From Actinomycetales bacterium (GTDB lineage: Bacteria; Actinomycetota; Actinomycetes; Actinomycetales; CAVURS01), in NCBI GenBank assembly GCA_045807245.1, contig JBJMHS010000031.1, positions 1-46,012 of the forward strand: a DNA stretch of 46,012 bases, written 5' to 3'. A model generated the notes under the pieces. It ran no database searches. It saw only the letters and a list, made by a program, of their open reading frames with translations, and was not told the origin of the DNA. Shown in pieces: positions 1 to 12,600 of the stretch; within the stretch, counting starts at the first letter, position 1; every line of letters starts with the position of its first letter. Both the position numbers and the translations under genes were made by a program.

Positions 1-1637
1 CGGCCGGCCTCGGTGCCCTGCTTGCCGGAGATGAGCGTACGGATGTAGACGATCCGCTCGCCCTTCTTGCCGGAGATCCGGGCCCAGTCGTCCGGGTTGG
101 TCGTGTTCGGCAGGTCCTCGTTCTCCTTGAACTCGTCCAGGCACGAGGTCAGCAGGTGCTCGACCCGGATGCCGCGCTGACCGGTAGTCAGGAGATCCTT
201 GATCGCCATCTTCTTGGCCCGGTCCACGATGTTCTGGATCATCGCGCCCGAGTTGAAGTCCTTGAAGTAGAGCGTCTCCTTGTCACCGTTGGCGTACGTG
301 ACCTCCAGGAAGCGGTTCTCCTCGATCTCGGAGTACATCCGCTCGACAGCGGCCTGGATCATCGCCTCCACCGTGCTGTCCGGCGACCCGTCGTGCTGGG
401 CCACGTCGTTCTCGTGCAACGGCAGGTCCGAGGTGAGGTACTTGCCGAAGATGTCCTTCGCGCTCTCCGCATCCGGGCGCTCGATCTTGATCTTCACGTC
501 CAGCCGGCCCGGTCGCAGGATGGCCGGGTCGATCATGTCCTCGCGGTTCGAGGCACCGATGACGATGACGTTCTCCAGCCGCTCGACGCCGTCGATCTCG
601 CTCAGGAGCTGAGGCACGATGGTGGTCTCCACGTCGGAGCTCACGCCGGATCCACGCGTCCGGAACAGCGACTCCATCTCGTCGAAGAACACGACGACGG
701 GTGTGCCGTCACTGGCCTTCTCTCGGGCGCGCTGGAAGATCAGCCGGATGTGCCTCTCGGTCTCACCGACGTACTTGTTCAGCAGCTCGGGACCCTTGAT
801 GTTCAGGAAGTAGGACTTGCCGAGCGGTTGGCCGGTCAGCTCGGCCACCTTCGCCGCGAGCGAGGCCGCGACCGCCTTCGCGATCAGGGTCTTGCCACAG
901 CCGGGCGGGCCGTAGAGCAGCACACCCTTCGGCGGGCGCAGCTGGTGCTCCTTGAACAGGTCGGGGTGCAGGTACGGCAGCTCGATCGCATCGCGGATCT
1001 GCTCGATCTGGCCGGCCAGGCCGCCGATGTCGGCGTAGTCGATGTCCGGCACCTCCTCGAGCACGAGGTCCTCGACCTCGGCCTTCGGAATGCGTTCGTA
1101 CACAAAGGAGGCGCGGGGGTCGAGCAACAGGGCGTCGCCTGCGCGGACCGGCGTGTCGGCGAGCGACTCCGCGACCCGCGCCACTCGCTCCTCGTCCGCG
1201 TGCCCCACGACGAGCGCACGGTCGGGGCCGAGCAGCTCCTTGAGGGTGACGATCTCGCCGACCCGCTCGTAGCCGCGTGCCGCCACGACGTTCATGGCCT
1301 CGTTGAGCATGACCTCCTGGCCCGGGTGCAGTGCCTCGTCGCCGATGGAGGGGCTGACGGCCACGCGCATCTTGCGGCCGGCGGTCAGGACGTCGACCGT
1401 GCCGTCGTCGTACGCCTCCAGGACGGTGCCGTAGCCGGACGGCGGCTGGGCCAGCCGGTCGACCTCCGCCTTGAGCGTGACGATCTGTTCGCGGGCGTCC
1501 TTCAGCGTGCGGACGAGACGCTCGTTCTGGGCCGTGACCGATGCGAGTGACGACTGCAGATGCGAGAGTCGGTCCTCGAGGTTGCGCAGCCGGGCACCCT
1601 CCGCCTCGGCGCGTCGACCATCACTTTCCTGCGCCAT
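1..1637 (-). CDS. arc: Proteasome-associated AAA ATPase ARC/Mpa (3' end runs off the window edge)
   Basis: Not in the ORF track; translated by hand from ATG at 1637: [24 protein letters not shown]...[27 protein letters not shown] (coiled coil). Later motifs: [13 protein letters not shown] (Walker A), VVFFDEMDSLFRTRG (Walker B), [28 protein letters not shown] Shine-Dalgarno upstream; trmI is the usual neighbour. Confidence 0.96.
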   Translation of the reverse strand, partial: MAQESDGRRAEAEGARLRNLEDRLSHLQSSLASVTAQNERLVRTLKDAREQIVTLKAEVDRLAQPPSGYGTVLEAYDDGTVDVLTAGRKMRVAVSPSIGDEALHPGQEVMLNEAMNVVAARGYERVGEIVTLKELLGPDRALVVGHADEERVARVAESLADTPVRAGDALLLDPRASFVYERIPKAEVEDLVLEEVPDIDYADIGGLAGQIEQIRDAIELPYLHPDLFKEHQLRPPKGVLLYGPPGCGKTLIAKAVAASLAAKVAELTGQPLGKSYFLNIKGPELLNKYVGETERHIRLIFQRAREKASDGTPVVVFFDEMESLFRTRGSGVSSDVETTIVPQLLSEIDGVERLENVIVIGASNREDMIDPAILRPGRLDVKIKIERPDAESAKDIFGKYLTSDLPLHENDVAQHDGSPDSTVEAMIQAAVERMYSEIEENRFLEVTYANGDKETLYFKDFNSGAMIQNIVDRAKKMAIKDLLTTGQRGIRVEHLLTSCLDEFKENEDLPNTTNPDDWARISGKKGERIVYIRTLISGKQGTEAG

Positions 1638-1670
1638 GCCGGACACCTCCTCCACGGGCCATTTTCGACC

Positions 1671-2729
<1,059 letters not shown>

Positions 2730-3851
2730 CTAGGAGCGCCCGCCCGCGCCCATGGCGGCCACCAGGTCACGCCCGGCCACGAGCCCGACCCGTCCCTGCT
2801 CGTCCACGAGCGCGTACGTCGGCGCGGCCGGCATCTGGGCCAACAGCTGGAGGAGCGCCTCACCGGTGGTGTCGGCCGGCAGCACGGCGTACGGCGGGAG
2901 GGCATGCATGAGGGACTGGATCTGTACGTCGGGCCGGCCGGTCGCGACCATGTGGTCGACCGCCTCGGTCGCCACCAGGCCGACCGGGATGCCGTGCTCG
3001 TCCAGGACGACGATGTCGGCGACCTGCTGGTCCGCCGCCAGCTGGCCGACCTCGCTGGTCGTCCACGTGGCATGGACCGGTACGGCGGGCCGGGCCAGCG
3101 CGCGGGCGTCCAGCCGGGTCGCGCGGCGGCGCATGCCACCCCAGCGCAGCGCCTGGGTGGCACCGGTCCAGAGCAGGCCGGAGATCAGGGCCGACCAGAT
3201 CACGAGCGTCGGGTCGGGGTCACCGTCCCGGGCCAGCGGGAGCACGAAGCCCAGGAGCAGCACGGCGACGGCGACGCCGCGGCCCAGCCAGCCCGCGACC
3301 ACCGTCCCGGTGGAGCGCTCACCCGACAGGCCCCAGAACAGCGACTCGACCACCCGGCCACCGTCCAGGGGGAGGCCAGGGAGGAGGTTGAAGATGGCCA
3401 GCAGGAGGTTGGCCACGAACAGCGCGTTGCCCAGCAGCGCCACGACCCCGTCGGGGCTCTCCCGGACGATGAGACCGACGCCCGCCAGCACCAGGTTCGC
3501 CGCCGGGCCGCCGCATGAGATCACGGCGCTGGCCGTCGGCCGGTTGGCCTCGGCCGCGAACTGGGTGTGGCCACCCCACAGGTCGGCCACGATCTGGGTC
3601 ACGGGCAGGCGGTACGCCCGGGCCAGGACTGCGTGCGCCAGCTCGTGGACCAGCACGGACAGCAGGAGCAGGACGGCATAGGTGGCGGCCACGACGTAGT
3701 TGGCGCCTGGGCTCAGGTCCGGCAGGTAGTCGCGCACGGTGGGCGCGAACGTGAACACCACGAATGCGGCGATCAGGAACCACGACGGCGACAGGATGAC
3801 CGGGGCGCCCACGAATGTCCCCAGCCTGATCCCGCCGCGCGGCGTGTCCAT
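2730..3851 (-). CDS. Site-2 protease (M50 zinc metallopeptidase) with CBS-like C-terminus
   Basis: HELAH (HExxH) and NLLPGLPLDGG motifs, several hydrophobic segments, CBS-like tail. Confidence 0.9.
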   Translation of the reverse strand: MDTPRGGIRLGTFVGAPVILSPSWFLIAAFVVFTFAPTVRDYLPDLSPGANYVVAATYAVLLLLSVLVHELAHAVLARAYRLPVTQIVADLWGGHTQFAAEANRPTASAVISCGGPAANLVLAGVGLIVRESPDGVVALLGNALFVANLLLAIFNLLPGLPLDGGRVVESLFWGLSGERSTGTVVAGWLGRGVAVAVLLLGFVLPLARDGDPDPTLVIWSALISGLLWTGATQALRWGGMRRRATRLDARALARPAVPVHATWTTSEVGQLAADQQVADIVVLDEHGIPVGLVATEAVDHMVATGRPDVQIQSLMHALPPYAVLPADTTGEALLQLLAQMPAAPTYALVDEQGRVGLVAGRDLVAAMGAGGRS

Positions 3852-3870
3852 GGCTCAACCCTAGGGGCGA

Positions 3871-3892
3871 TGTCGGAACCCCGGCCTACAGT
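3871..3892 (+). promoter_or_regulatory. PafBC-type (RecA-NDp) DNA-damage promoter of the RecB-family nuclease gene
   Basis: TGTCGG (3871-3876), 10 nt, TACAGT (3887-3892), then 6 nt to ATG 3899. Exact match to the TGTCGG-N10-TAnnnT motif. Confidence 0.8.
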
Positions 3893-3898
3893 GCGGCC

Positions 3899-4762
3899 AT
3901 GGTGACGACGGCGGTCCGAGCGGCACTTTCGCCCAGCCGGGCGGCCGATTTCATGCAGTGCCCCCTCTTGTACCGGTTCCGTGTGGTTGACCGGCTGCCG
4001 CAGGCGCCGAGCTCCGCCGCTGCGCGAGGAACGTTGGTGCACGCCGTACTCGAGCGGTTGTTCGACCTGCCCGCCGACCAGCGCACGTACGACGCGGCTC
4101 GCGACCTCCTGCAGCCGCAGTGGGAGTCGCTGCTCGAGGCGGAGCCCGAGCTGGCCACGTTGTTTCCGGACGACAACGGTGCCGCCCTCGCGACCTGGCT
4201 CGAGAGTGCGCAGAGCCTCCTGACCACCTGGTTCGACCTCGAGGACCCGAGCCGGCTCGAGCCGGCCGAGCGAGAGCTGTACGTCGAGACCGAGCTCGAG
4301 GACGGCCTGGTCCTGCGCGGGTACGTCGACCGTCTCGACGTCGCGCCCGATGGTCGGCTACGGGTGGTGGACTACAAGACCGGTCGTTCACCCAGTGAGC
4401 TGTTCGAGACCAAGGCGCTGTTCCAGATGCGCTTCTACGCGCTGGTCCTGTGGCGACTGCGCGGCGTGGTGCCGTCCATGCTGCAGCTGGTCTACCTCGG
4501 CAACGGTGAAGTCGTCCGCTACAGCCCCGACGAGCGCGAGCTCGAGGCCACCGAGCGCAAGGTGCGCGCCTTGTGGACGGCGATCGCGCGGGCGGCGGAC
4601 ACCGGCGACTGGCGGCCCTCCAAGAGCCGCTTGTGCGGCTGGTGCGACTTCCAGGCCCTGTGCCCGGAGTGGGGCGGCACTCCCCCGCCGCTGCCGGAGC
4701 ACGCCGCCGAGCTCGCCGTGGACCCGGCGGTCAGTGCCGCGGTCTTCCCGGCCGAGGAGTGA
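3899..4762 (+). CDS. RecB-family PD-(D/E)XK nuclease with a 4-Cys Fe-S motif (Rv2119-like)
   Basis: LSPSRAADFMQCPL, RGYVDRLD, VVDYKTG, QMRFYA, and C-terminal LCGWCDFQALCP. Confidence 0.9.
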   Translation: MVTTAVRAALSPSRAADFMQCPLLYRFRVVDRLPQAPSSAAARGTLVHAVLERLFDLPADQRTYDAARDLLQPQWESLLEAEPELATLFPDDNGAALATWLESAQSLLTTWFDLEDPSRLEPAERELYVETELEDGLVLRGYVDRLDVAPDGRLRVVDYKTGRSPSELFETKALFQMRFYALVLWRLRGVVPSMLQLVYLGNGEVVRYSPDERELEATERKVRALWTAIARAADTGDWRPSKSRLCGWCDFQALCPEWGGTPPPLPEHAAELAVDPAVSAAVFPAEE

Positions 4763-4771
4763 GGCCCGGCC

Positions 4772-5713
4772 TCAGCCAGCGGCGACCGCCGCCGCGATCT
4801 CGCGCGCATGCCGGATGTCCGTGCCGCAGCAGCCGCCGACCAGGTTGATGGACGGGTGCGCCCGGCGCAGGGCAGCCACCTGACGGCCCAGCTCGACGGG
4901 GTCACCGGCATCGAGGTCCGGCGCCTCGTCCAGTTCCGCGTGGCTGCGCCGAGACGCGTTGGGCCGGAAGCCGACCAACCGGTCCAGCCACGCGCCGCCG
5001 TCCTCGACCGCCGTCGCCACATGGTCGGGGTGGGCGCAGTTGACCACGAAACCGGCGCCCGACGAGCCGGTGCGCGCGTCGACCGCCGCGATGGCTTCGC
5101 CGAGCCGGGTCCCGTCCGGCAACGTCCCGTCCGTCTCGACGGTGAACCCCACGAGCAGTGGCAGCCCCAGGTGCGCGGCTGCCGCCGCCATGCCGACGGC
5201 CTCGTCGACGTAGCCGAGGGTCAGCGCCGTGGCTCGCTCGGCGCCCCCCTCCGCGAAGCTGCGCAGCTGGGGGGCGTGGTACTCCTCGGCCTCCTCGGCA
5301 CTCATCACCAACGTGGGGTGGTATCCGTCGCTGCGCGGTCCGAGCGTCCCGCCGACCCGGACCGGGCTCGTGCCCGCGTCCAGACCGTCCCGGATCTCGT
5401 GGAGCATGGCGACGAGCTCGCGGTTGACCCGGTCGAGGGCGGCCGCGTCGTACCCGAGCAGGGCGCCCCAGTCACTGGACGCGCGCCAGGTGGCGGAGTC
5501 CAGGCTCACCCCGAGGCCCTGGGCGAGCGCCGCCTCGGCATGCTCCCGATGCCACGACGCGAGCAGGTCGCGTCCGCGCGCGTCGTCGGCGAGCACGAAG
5601 CTGGCGAACAGCGGCAGGTCGACGCCTTTGTTGAAGATGAGGTCCGTCTCGACCCCTGAGTCGGTGAGCAGGACCTGGCCGTCCAGCTCAGGGACGGCGG
5701 CTGTCGTCGGCAT
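4772..5713 (-). CDS. Stand-alone homocysteine S-methyltransferase family protein
   Basis: LTDSGVETDL, VNCAHP and GGCCGT zinc-ligand motifs. Confidence 0.88.
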   Translation of the reverse strand: MPTTAAVPELDGQVLLTDSGVETDLIFNKGVDLPLFASFVLADDARGRDLLASWHREHAEAALAQGLGVSLDSATWRASSDWGALLGYDAAALDRVNRELVAMLHEIRDGLDAGTSPVRVGGTLGPRSDGYHPTLVMSAEEAEEYHAPQLRSFAEGGAERATALTLGYVDEAVGMAAAAAHLGLPLLVGFTVETDGTLPDGTRLGEAIAAVDARTGSSGAGFVVNCAHPDHVATAVEDGGAWLDRLVGFRPNASRRSHAELDEAPDLDAGDPVELGRQVAALRRAHPSINLVGGCCGTDIRHAREIAAAVAAG

Positions 5714-6060
5714 GAACCGGCTCCTTTGCTCTTGCTGTACCGGAGAGGTCCGCGAATGCGCTCATCCGGCCAATGTCCTTGCGCTTGCAACATTTCCACG
5801 CTTTGCCAACACAACGAGAACGGTGGACGACATCCGGGTAGCCCCCGTTCGCAATGGGGGAATACCTGGTTGACCGAGACCCTGGTCAACACTCAGGGTT
5901 ACGAAGGAACGTTCAGGGTTCAGGTCAGGTGTCTCCCCGTGGACGGTGACGTCTGTCACCCGCTGTGATGGGGCCACCGTGATCGACTGAACTCCGCGAC
6001 AAGCGCAGTCACGACCCCGAGCACGGCCCACCAGCGGACTCCTAAGGAATTGACACTGCC

Positions 6061-6876
<816 letters not shown>

Positions 6877-6883
6877 CCTCGAC

Positions 6884-9418
6884 ATGTTGAGAGCAGCCAC
6901 CCGCAACGTCCTGGGCCACAAGCTCAGGCTGGCGCTGACGGCACTGTCCATCGTGCTCGGTGTCGCCTTCGTGTCGGGGACCTTCATCCTGACCGACGCC
7001 ATGAAGAGCACCTTCAACGCGCTGGCCGACTCCGGCAACAGCGACGTCTACGTGCGCGGCGTACAGGACAAGACCGCCGCACAGACCGACCAGGCGGGCG
7101 AGAGCCGGACGACCCTCCCGCTGTCCCTCGAGGACCAGATCAAGGCCGTGCCGGGCGTCGCCATGGTCGAGCCCACCCTGCAGGGGTCGGCGATCGTGAT
7201 CGGCAAGAACGGCAAGGCCGCCGTCAACGGTGGCGCTCCGCCGTTGGGGTTCGGCTGGAGTAACGACCCGAAGTCGTGGCGGCTGGTGTCGGGCCGCGCG
7301 CCGACGTCCTCCTCGGAGGTGGCGGTGGAGCGGGACACGCTCTCGCTGGCCAAGCTCAAGGTGGGCGACCGGACGAGGGTCGTCGTCGGCGGCACGATCC
7401 TGCCGGTGACCATCGTGGGAAGCGTCCGTACGGCGAACGACGCGGGCCTGCTCGGCGCCACGGCGACGCTGTTCGACCGCTCGACCGCGCTGCAGCTGTA
7501 CGCCGAGGACGGCAAGGTCCCCTCGTTCGGCATCACAGCGGCGCAGGGTGTCGCCCCGGACCAGCTGCGCGACCGCCTCGCCTCGGCGATGCCGAAGTCC
7601 ACGAACGTGCTGACCGGCAAACAGCTGGCTGACGAGACGAAGAAGAACCTCGACAACGGGATCCTCAAGATCTTCACGACGTTCTTCCTGGTCTTCGCGT
7701 TCATCGCGGTCTTCGTCGGGGCGTTCGTCATCCTGAACACGTTCTCGATGCTGGTGGCCCAACGGACGCGGGAGCTGGCCCTGCTGCGCGCCCTGGGTGC
7801 CTCGCGCCGACAGGTGACCCGCTCGGTGCTCGTCGAGGCGTTCCTGGTCGGCACGGTGTCGAGCGCGATCGGCCTGGGTGTCGGCGCCCTGATCGCCACC
7901 GCGCTCAAGGCGCTGCTCGGCACCTTCGGGTTGAAGATCTCCGGCGGCTTGCCGATCGAGGCCCGCACGGTCGTGTGGTGCTTCGCGGTCGGCATCCTGG
8001 TCACGCTCGTCGCGGCGTACTTCCCCGCCCGCCGGGCAGCCAAGATCCCGCCGGTTGCCGCGATGCGGGACGACGTCGCCCTGCCCACCCGGTCGCTGAC
8101 CCGCCGGCTCATCATCGGGCTGCTCCTGACCGTGGTCGGTGTGGCGGTGCTGATCCTCGGGCTGAGCGGCTCGACCGGCAAGGCCGGGCTACTGACCGGT
8201 GTCGGTGCCGGGCTCACCGTGCTGGGCGTCACCGTGCTGGCGCCGGTCATCGCTCCATCGGTGCTCCGGGTCATCGGCTGGCCCATCGCCAAGCTGTGGG
8301 GCACGAGCGGCCGGCTGGCCCGCGACAACGCGATCCGCAACCCGCGGCGCAGCGCGGCCACCGCGTCGGCGCTGATGATCGGCCTCGCGCTGGTCACCGG
8401 TGTCACGGTGCTGGCGCAGTCGACCAAGGCGAGCTTCGCCAAGGCGTTCAACAGCGACCTGACGGCGCAGTACGCCCTGACGGCCGCGTCCGGGCAGCCG
8501 GTACCGGCTGAGGCGGCCGCGAAGGCTCGGGCGATCGCGGGCGTGTCCAAGGTGGCCGAGTACACCGGCCTGCCCGTCCTGGTCAACAACGAACAGATGG
8601 ACGCGACGATGGCTGTCGGTTCGGATCTCGTTGCGGCGCAACGCGTCGACATGTCGGCGGGGTCCGCCCAGGCGCTGGACCAGAACCAGATCCTGGTCTC
8701 GTCGAAGCTGGCCAAGTCCAAGCACTGGTCCGTGGGACAGACCCTGACCGGTCGCGTCGCTGCCGAGCCGGTGCAGCTCACCATCGGCGGCATCTACACC
8801 AACGACCAGCTCCTGGGTGGGCTGGTCATGCCGCGGGCCTGGTACGAGAAGGCCGTGCCGGCCAACCAGCGGATCGACTTCGCCATCGCGGTCGTCACGG
8901 CCGACGGCAAGACGTCCGACTCGGTGAAGGCCGGGCTGGAGCAGGCGATGAAGCCGTACGCGATCGTGAACGTCGCCACCAAGTCCGAGTACATCAAGGA
9001 CCAGCAGGGTCAGCTGAACATCCTGCTGTACATCCTGTATGCGCTGCTCGGGCTGGCCGTGGTCATCGCGATCTTCGGCATCGTGAACACGCTCGCCCTC
9101 TCGGTGTTCGAACGGACCCGCGAGATCGGGTTGCTCCGAGCCGTCGGCATGGTGCGTTCTCAGCTGCGACGCGTCGTACGGCTCGAGTCGGTCGCGATCT
9201 CCCTGTTCGGCGCCGTCATGGGGCTGGTGCTGGGCCTGTTCTTCGGCATCGCCGTCCAGCAGGCGCTGAAGGACGACGGTCTGGACGTTCTGTCCATCCC
9301 CTACGTCTCGCTGGTGCTGTTCCTCGTGTTCGCCGCGCTGGCCGGGGTGTTCGCGGCCATCTGGCCGGCCCGCCGCGCGGCCCGGCTGGACGTGTTGCGG
9401 GCCATCACGACCGAATGA
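6884..9418 (+). CDS. ABC transporter permease with two FtsX-like repeats
   Basis: Two FtsX signatures (QRTRELALLRALGA and ERTREIGLLRAVG), many transmembrane segments, follows the ATPase gene. Confidence 0.93.
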   Translation: MLRAATRNVLGHKLRLALTALSIVLGVAFVSGTFILTDAMKSTFNALADSGNSDVYVRGVQDKTAAQTDQAGESRTTLPLSLEDQIKAVPGVAMVEPTLQGSAIVIGKNGKAAVNGGAPPLGFGWSNDPKSWRLVSGRAPTSSSEVAVERDTLSLAKLKVGDRTRVVVGGTILPVTIVGSVRTANDAGLLGATATLFDRSTALQLYAEDGKVPSFGITAAQGVAPDQLRDRLASAMPKSTNVLTGKQLADETKKNLDNGILKIFTTFFLVFAFIAVFVGAFVILNTFSMLVAQRTRELALLRALGASRRQVTRSVLVEAFLVGTVSSAIGLGVGALIATALKALLGTFGLKISGGLPIEARTVVWCFAVGILVTLVAAYFPARRAAKIPPVAAMRDDVALPTRSLTRRLIIGLLLTVVGVAVLILGLSGSTGKAGLLTGVGAGLTVLGVTVLAPVIAPSVLRVIGWPIAKLWGTSGRLARDNAIRNPRRSAATASALMIGLALVTGVTVLAQSTKASFAKAFNSDLTAQYALTAASGQPVPAEAAAKARAIAGVSKVAEYTGLPVLVNNEQMDATMAVGSDLVAAQRVDMSAGSAQALDQNQILVSSKLAKSKHWSVGQTLTGRVAAEPVQLTIGGIYTNDQLLGGLVMPRAWYEKAVPANQRIDFAIAVVTADGKTSDSVKAGLEQAMKPYAIVNVATKSEYIKDQQGQLNILLYILYALLGLAVVIAIFGIVNTLALSVFERTREIGLLRAVGMVRSQLRRVVRLESVAISLFGAVMGLVLGLFFGIAVQQALKDDGLDVLSIPYVSLVLFLVFAALAGVFAAIWPARRAARLDVLRAITTE

Positions 9419-9452
9419 CCAGCGGGCGGCGTCCGGACGGGTGACACTGGAT

Positions 9453-9483
9453 GAGGGGCCGGGGCTCGGGGGCCCGGCCCCTC
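9453..9483. terminator. GC-rich hairpin between the convergent permease and metH genes
   Basis: GAGGGGCCGGG (9453-9463) pairs with CCCGGCCCCTC (9473-9483); a second long hairpin follows at about 9528-9565. Confidence 0.55.
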
Positions 9484-9609
9484 CCCCCCACTTGAGGTAC
9501 CCCCCGAAAGCCGGTTTGCCCGTCGAATGCCGCCCGCGAGGCCGCATTTCGGCCTCCCGGGCGGCTTTCGAGGGGTAGAGCGGCTTTCAGAGGGCACCCA
9601 AGCTGGGGG

Positions 9610-12600
9610 TTAGGTGGCGTTGAAGTACTTGGCCTCGGGGTGGTGCACGACCAGCGCGTCGGTGGACTGCTCCGGATGCAGCTGCAGCTCCTCGGACAGC
9701 TCGACCCCGATCCGCTCCGGCCGGAGCAGCTCGACGAGGGTCCTCCGGTCACCCAGGTCCGGACAGGCCGGATACCCGAACGAGTAGCGCGAACCCCGGT
9801 ACGCCTGGCGCAGGATCGCGTCCAGGTCGGGGTCGTCGTCGGCGCCGAAGCCGAGCTCCTCACGCACGCGGGCATGCCACATCTCGGCCAGTGCCTCGGT
9901 CAGCTGGACGGACAGGCCGTGCAGCTCGAGGTAGTCCCGGTAGGCGTTCGCGGCGTACAGCTTGCCCGTCTGTTCGGCCACCCGCGAGCCCATCGTGACC
10001 AGGTGGAAGGCGACCACATCGGTCTCCCCGGACTCGCGGGAGCGGAAGAAGTCGGCCAGGCACAGCCGCCGGTCACGGCTCTGGCGGGGAAAGCTGAACC
10101 GGGCCCGCTCCTCGCCGGCCTGAGCGCCCTCGTGGTGCAGCACCACCAGGTCGTTACCTTCGCTCACCGCCGGGAAGTAGCCGTAGACGACGGCCGCCTC
10201 CATCAGGCCCTCGGTGTGGATCCGGTCCAGCCACATCCGCAGCCGCGGCCGACCGTCCGACTCGACCAGGTCCTCGTACGACGGACCGTCACCGCGCGAG
10301 CCGCGCAGCCCCCACTGCCCCATGAAGGTCGCCCGCTCGTCCAGGTACGACGCGTAGTCGGCGAGCGCGACGCCCTTGACCACCCGGGTGCCCCAGAACG
10401 GGGGGTCGGGCACCCGGTTGTCCGTGGCCACGTCCGACCGCATGGTCGCACTGCCGTCCGCGGGCTCCTCGACGCGCTCGACTCGTCGGACCCGTCGCTT
10501 GCGCAGCTCCGGCAGCGCCTCGGCCAGCGTCGTGTGCTCGCTGCTCTTCGCCTGGGCGATCGCGTCCATGAGCCGCAGACCCTCGAAAGCGTCTCTGGCG
10601 TAACGGACTTCGCCCTCGTAGATCTCGGCCAGGTCCTCCTCGACGTACGCCCGGGTCAGCGCTGCCCCGCCCAGCAGGACGGGGAAGCGCGCGGAGATCC
10701 CGCGCGAGTTCATCTCCTGGAGGTTCTCCTTCATGACGACCGTGGACTTCACGAGCAGCCCGCTCATGCCGATCGCGTCCGCGCCCTGCTCCTCGGCCAC
10801 CCGCACGATCTCCGAGATCGGCTGCTTGATGCCGATGTTCACGACGTCGTAGCCGTTGTTGGACAAGATGATGTCGACCAGGTTCTTGCCGATGTCATGC
10901 ACGTCGCCCTTGACGGTGGCCAGGACGATCTTGGCCCGCGCGCCCTGCGAACCGTCGTCGCTGCCCTCGATGTGCGGTTCCAGATGCGCCACAGCGGCCT
11001 TCATCACCTCGGCCGACTGCAGCACGAACGGCAGCTGCATCTCGCCGCGCCCGAACAGGTCGCCGACGACCCGCATGCCGGCCAGCAGGTGCTCGTTGAT
11101 GATGTCGAGCGCCGGCCAGCCGTTGCCGAGGGCCTCGTCCAGGTCGGCCTGCAGGCCCTGCCGCTCGCCGTCGATGATCCGGCGCTGGAGCCGCTCACCG
11201 AGCGGCAGGCCGGCGAGCTCCTCGGCCCGGGACGCCTTCATCGACGCGGTGTCGACGCCCGAGAAGACCTCGAGCAGCTTCGACAGCGGGTCGTACGTCG
11301 TGGTGCCGGTGGCCGGGTCGTCGTCCAGCCAGCGCCGCCGGTCGTACACCAGGTCCAGCGCGACCTGACGCTGTTCCTCGGGAATGCGGGCGACCGGGAC
11401 GATCTTGGCCGCGTGCACGATCGCCGAGTCGAGCCCCGCCTTCACCGCCTCGTGCAGGAACACCGAGTTGAGCACGATGCGGGCCGCGGGCGACAGGCCG
11501 AACGAGACGTTCGAGACACCCAGCGTCGTCTGCACCGTCGGGTACAGCCGCTTCACCTCGCGGATCGCCTCGATGGTCTCCAGCGCGTCGCGCCGGGTCT
11601 CCTCCTGGCCGGTAGCAATGGGGAAGGTCAGGCAGTCGATGACGATGTCCTCGACGTCCAGGCCCCAGTCGGCGGTCAGGGTGTTGATGAGCCGCGTGGC
11701 GACCGCGACCTTGTGTTCCTTGGTGCGGGCCTGGCCCTGCTCGTCGATGGTCAGCGCGACGACGGCCGCGCCGTGCTCCTGCACGATCGGCTTCAGGCGC
11801 GCCCATCGGCTGCCCGGACCGTCGCCGTCCTCGAAGTTGACCGAGTTGATCATGGCCCGGCCGCCGAGCAGCTCGAGCCCGGCCTCGATCACGTGCGGTT
11901 CGGTGGAGTCCAGGACGAGCGGGAGGGTCGAGCTGGTCGCCAGCCGGCCGACGATGTCCTGCGCATCCTTGTCCCCGTCGCGCCCGACATAGTCCACGCA
12001 GACGTCGAGCAGGTGCGCTCCGTCGCGCGTCTGGTTGCGGGCGATCTCGATGCACTCGTCGAGACGTCCGGCCAGCATGGCATCGCGAAATGCCTTGGAA
12101 CCATTGGCGTTCGTCCGCTCTCCGATGGAGAGGTACGACGTGTCCTGGCGGAACGGGACGTGCTGGTAGAGGCTGGCCAGGCCGGCCTCGTGCCGAGGGC
12201 GACGGGGCGTCACGGGCTGGCCGCCGACGGCGTCGACGACGTGCCGGAGGTGCTCGGGCGTCGTACCGCAGCAGCCACCCACCAGCCCGAGGCCGAACTC
12301 GCGGGTGAACTGCACGTGTGCGGCCGCCAGCTCCTCCGGGGTGAGCGGGTAGCGGGCGCCGTCGCGGGTGAGCTGGGGCAGCCCGGCGTTGGGCATGCAG
12401 CTGATCGGCACCCGGGCGTGCTTGGCCAGGTGCCGCAGGTGCTCGCTCATCTCGGAGGGGCCGGTTGCGCAGTTCAGCCCGATCGCGTCGACTCCGAGCG
12501 GCTCCAACGCCGTCAGGGCGGCACCGATCTCGCTGCCCAGGAGCATGGTCCCGGTCGTCTCGACGGTGACCTGCGCGAGCACCGGTGCGTCCAGACCCAG

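Noticed and set aside
3899..4762. Cas4-like nuclease suggesting a CRISPR-Cas system
   Set aside because: No other cas genes and no repeat-spacer array. The gene sits in its usual housekeeping position next to trmI and arc.
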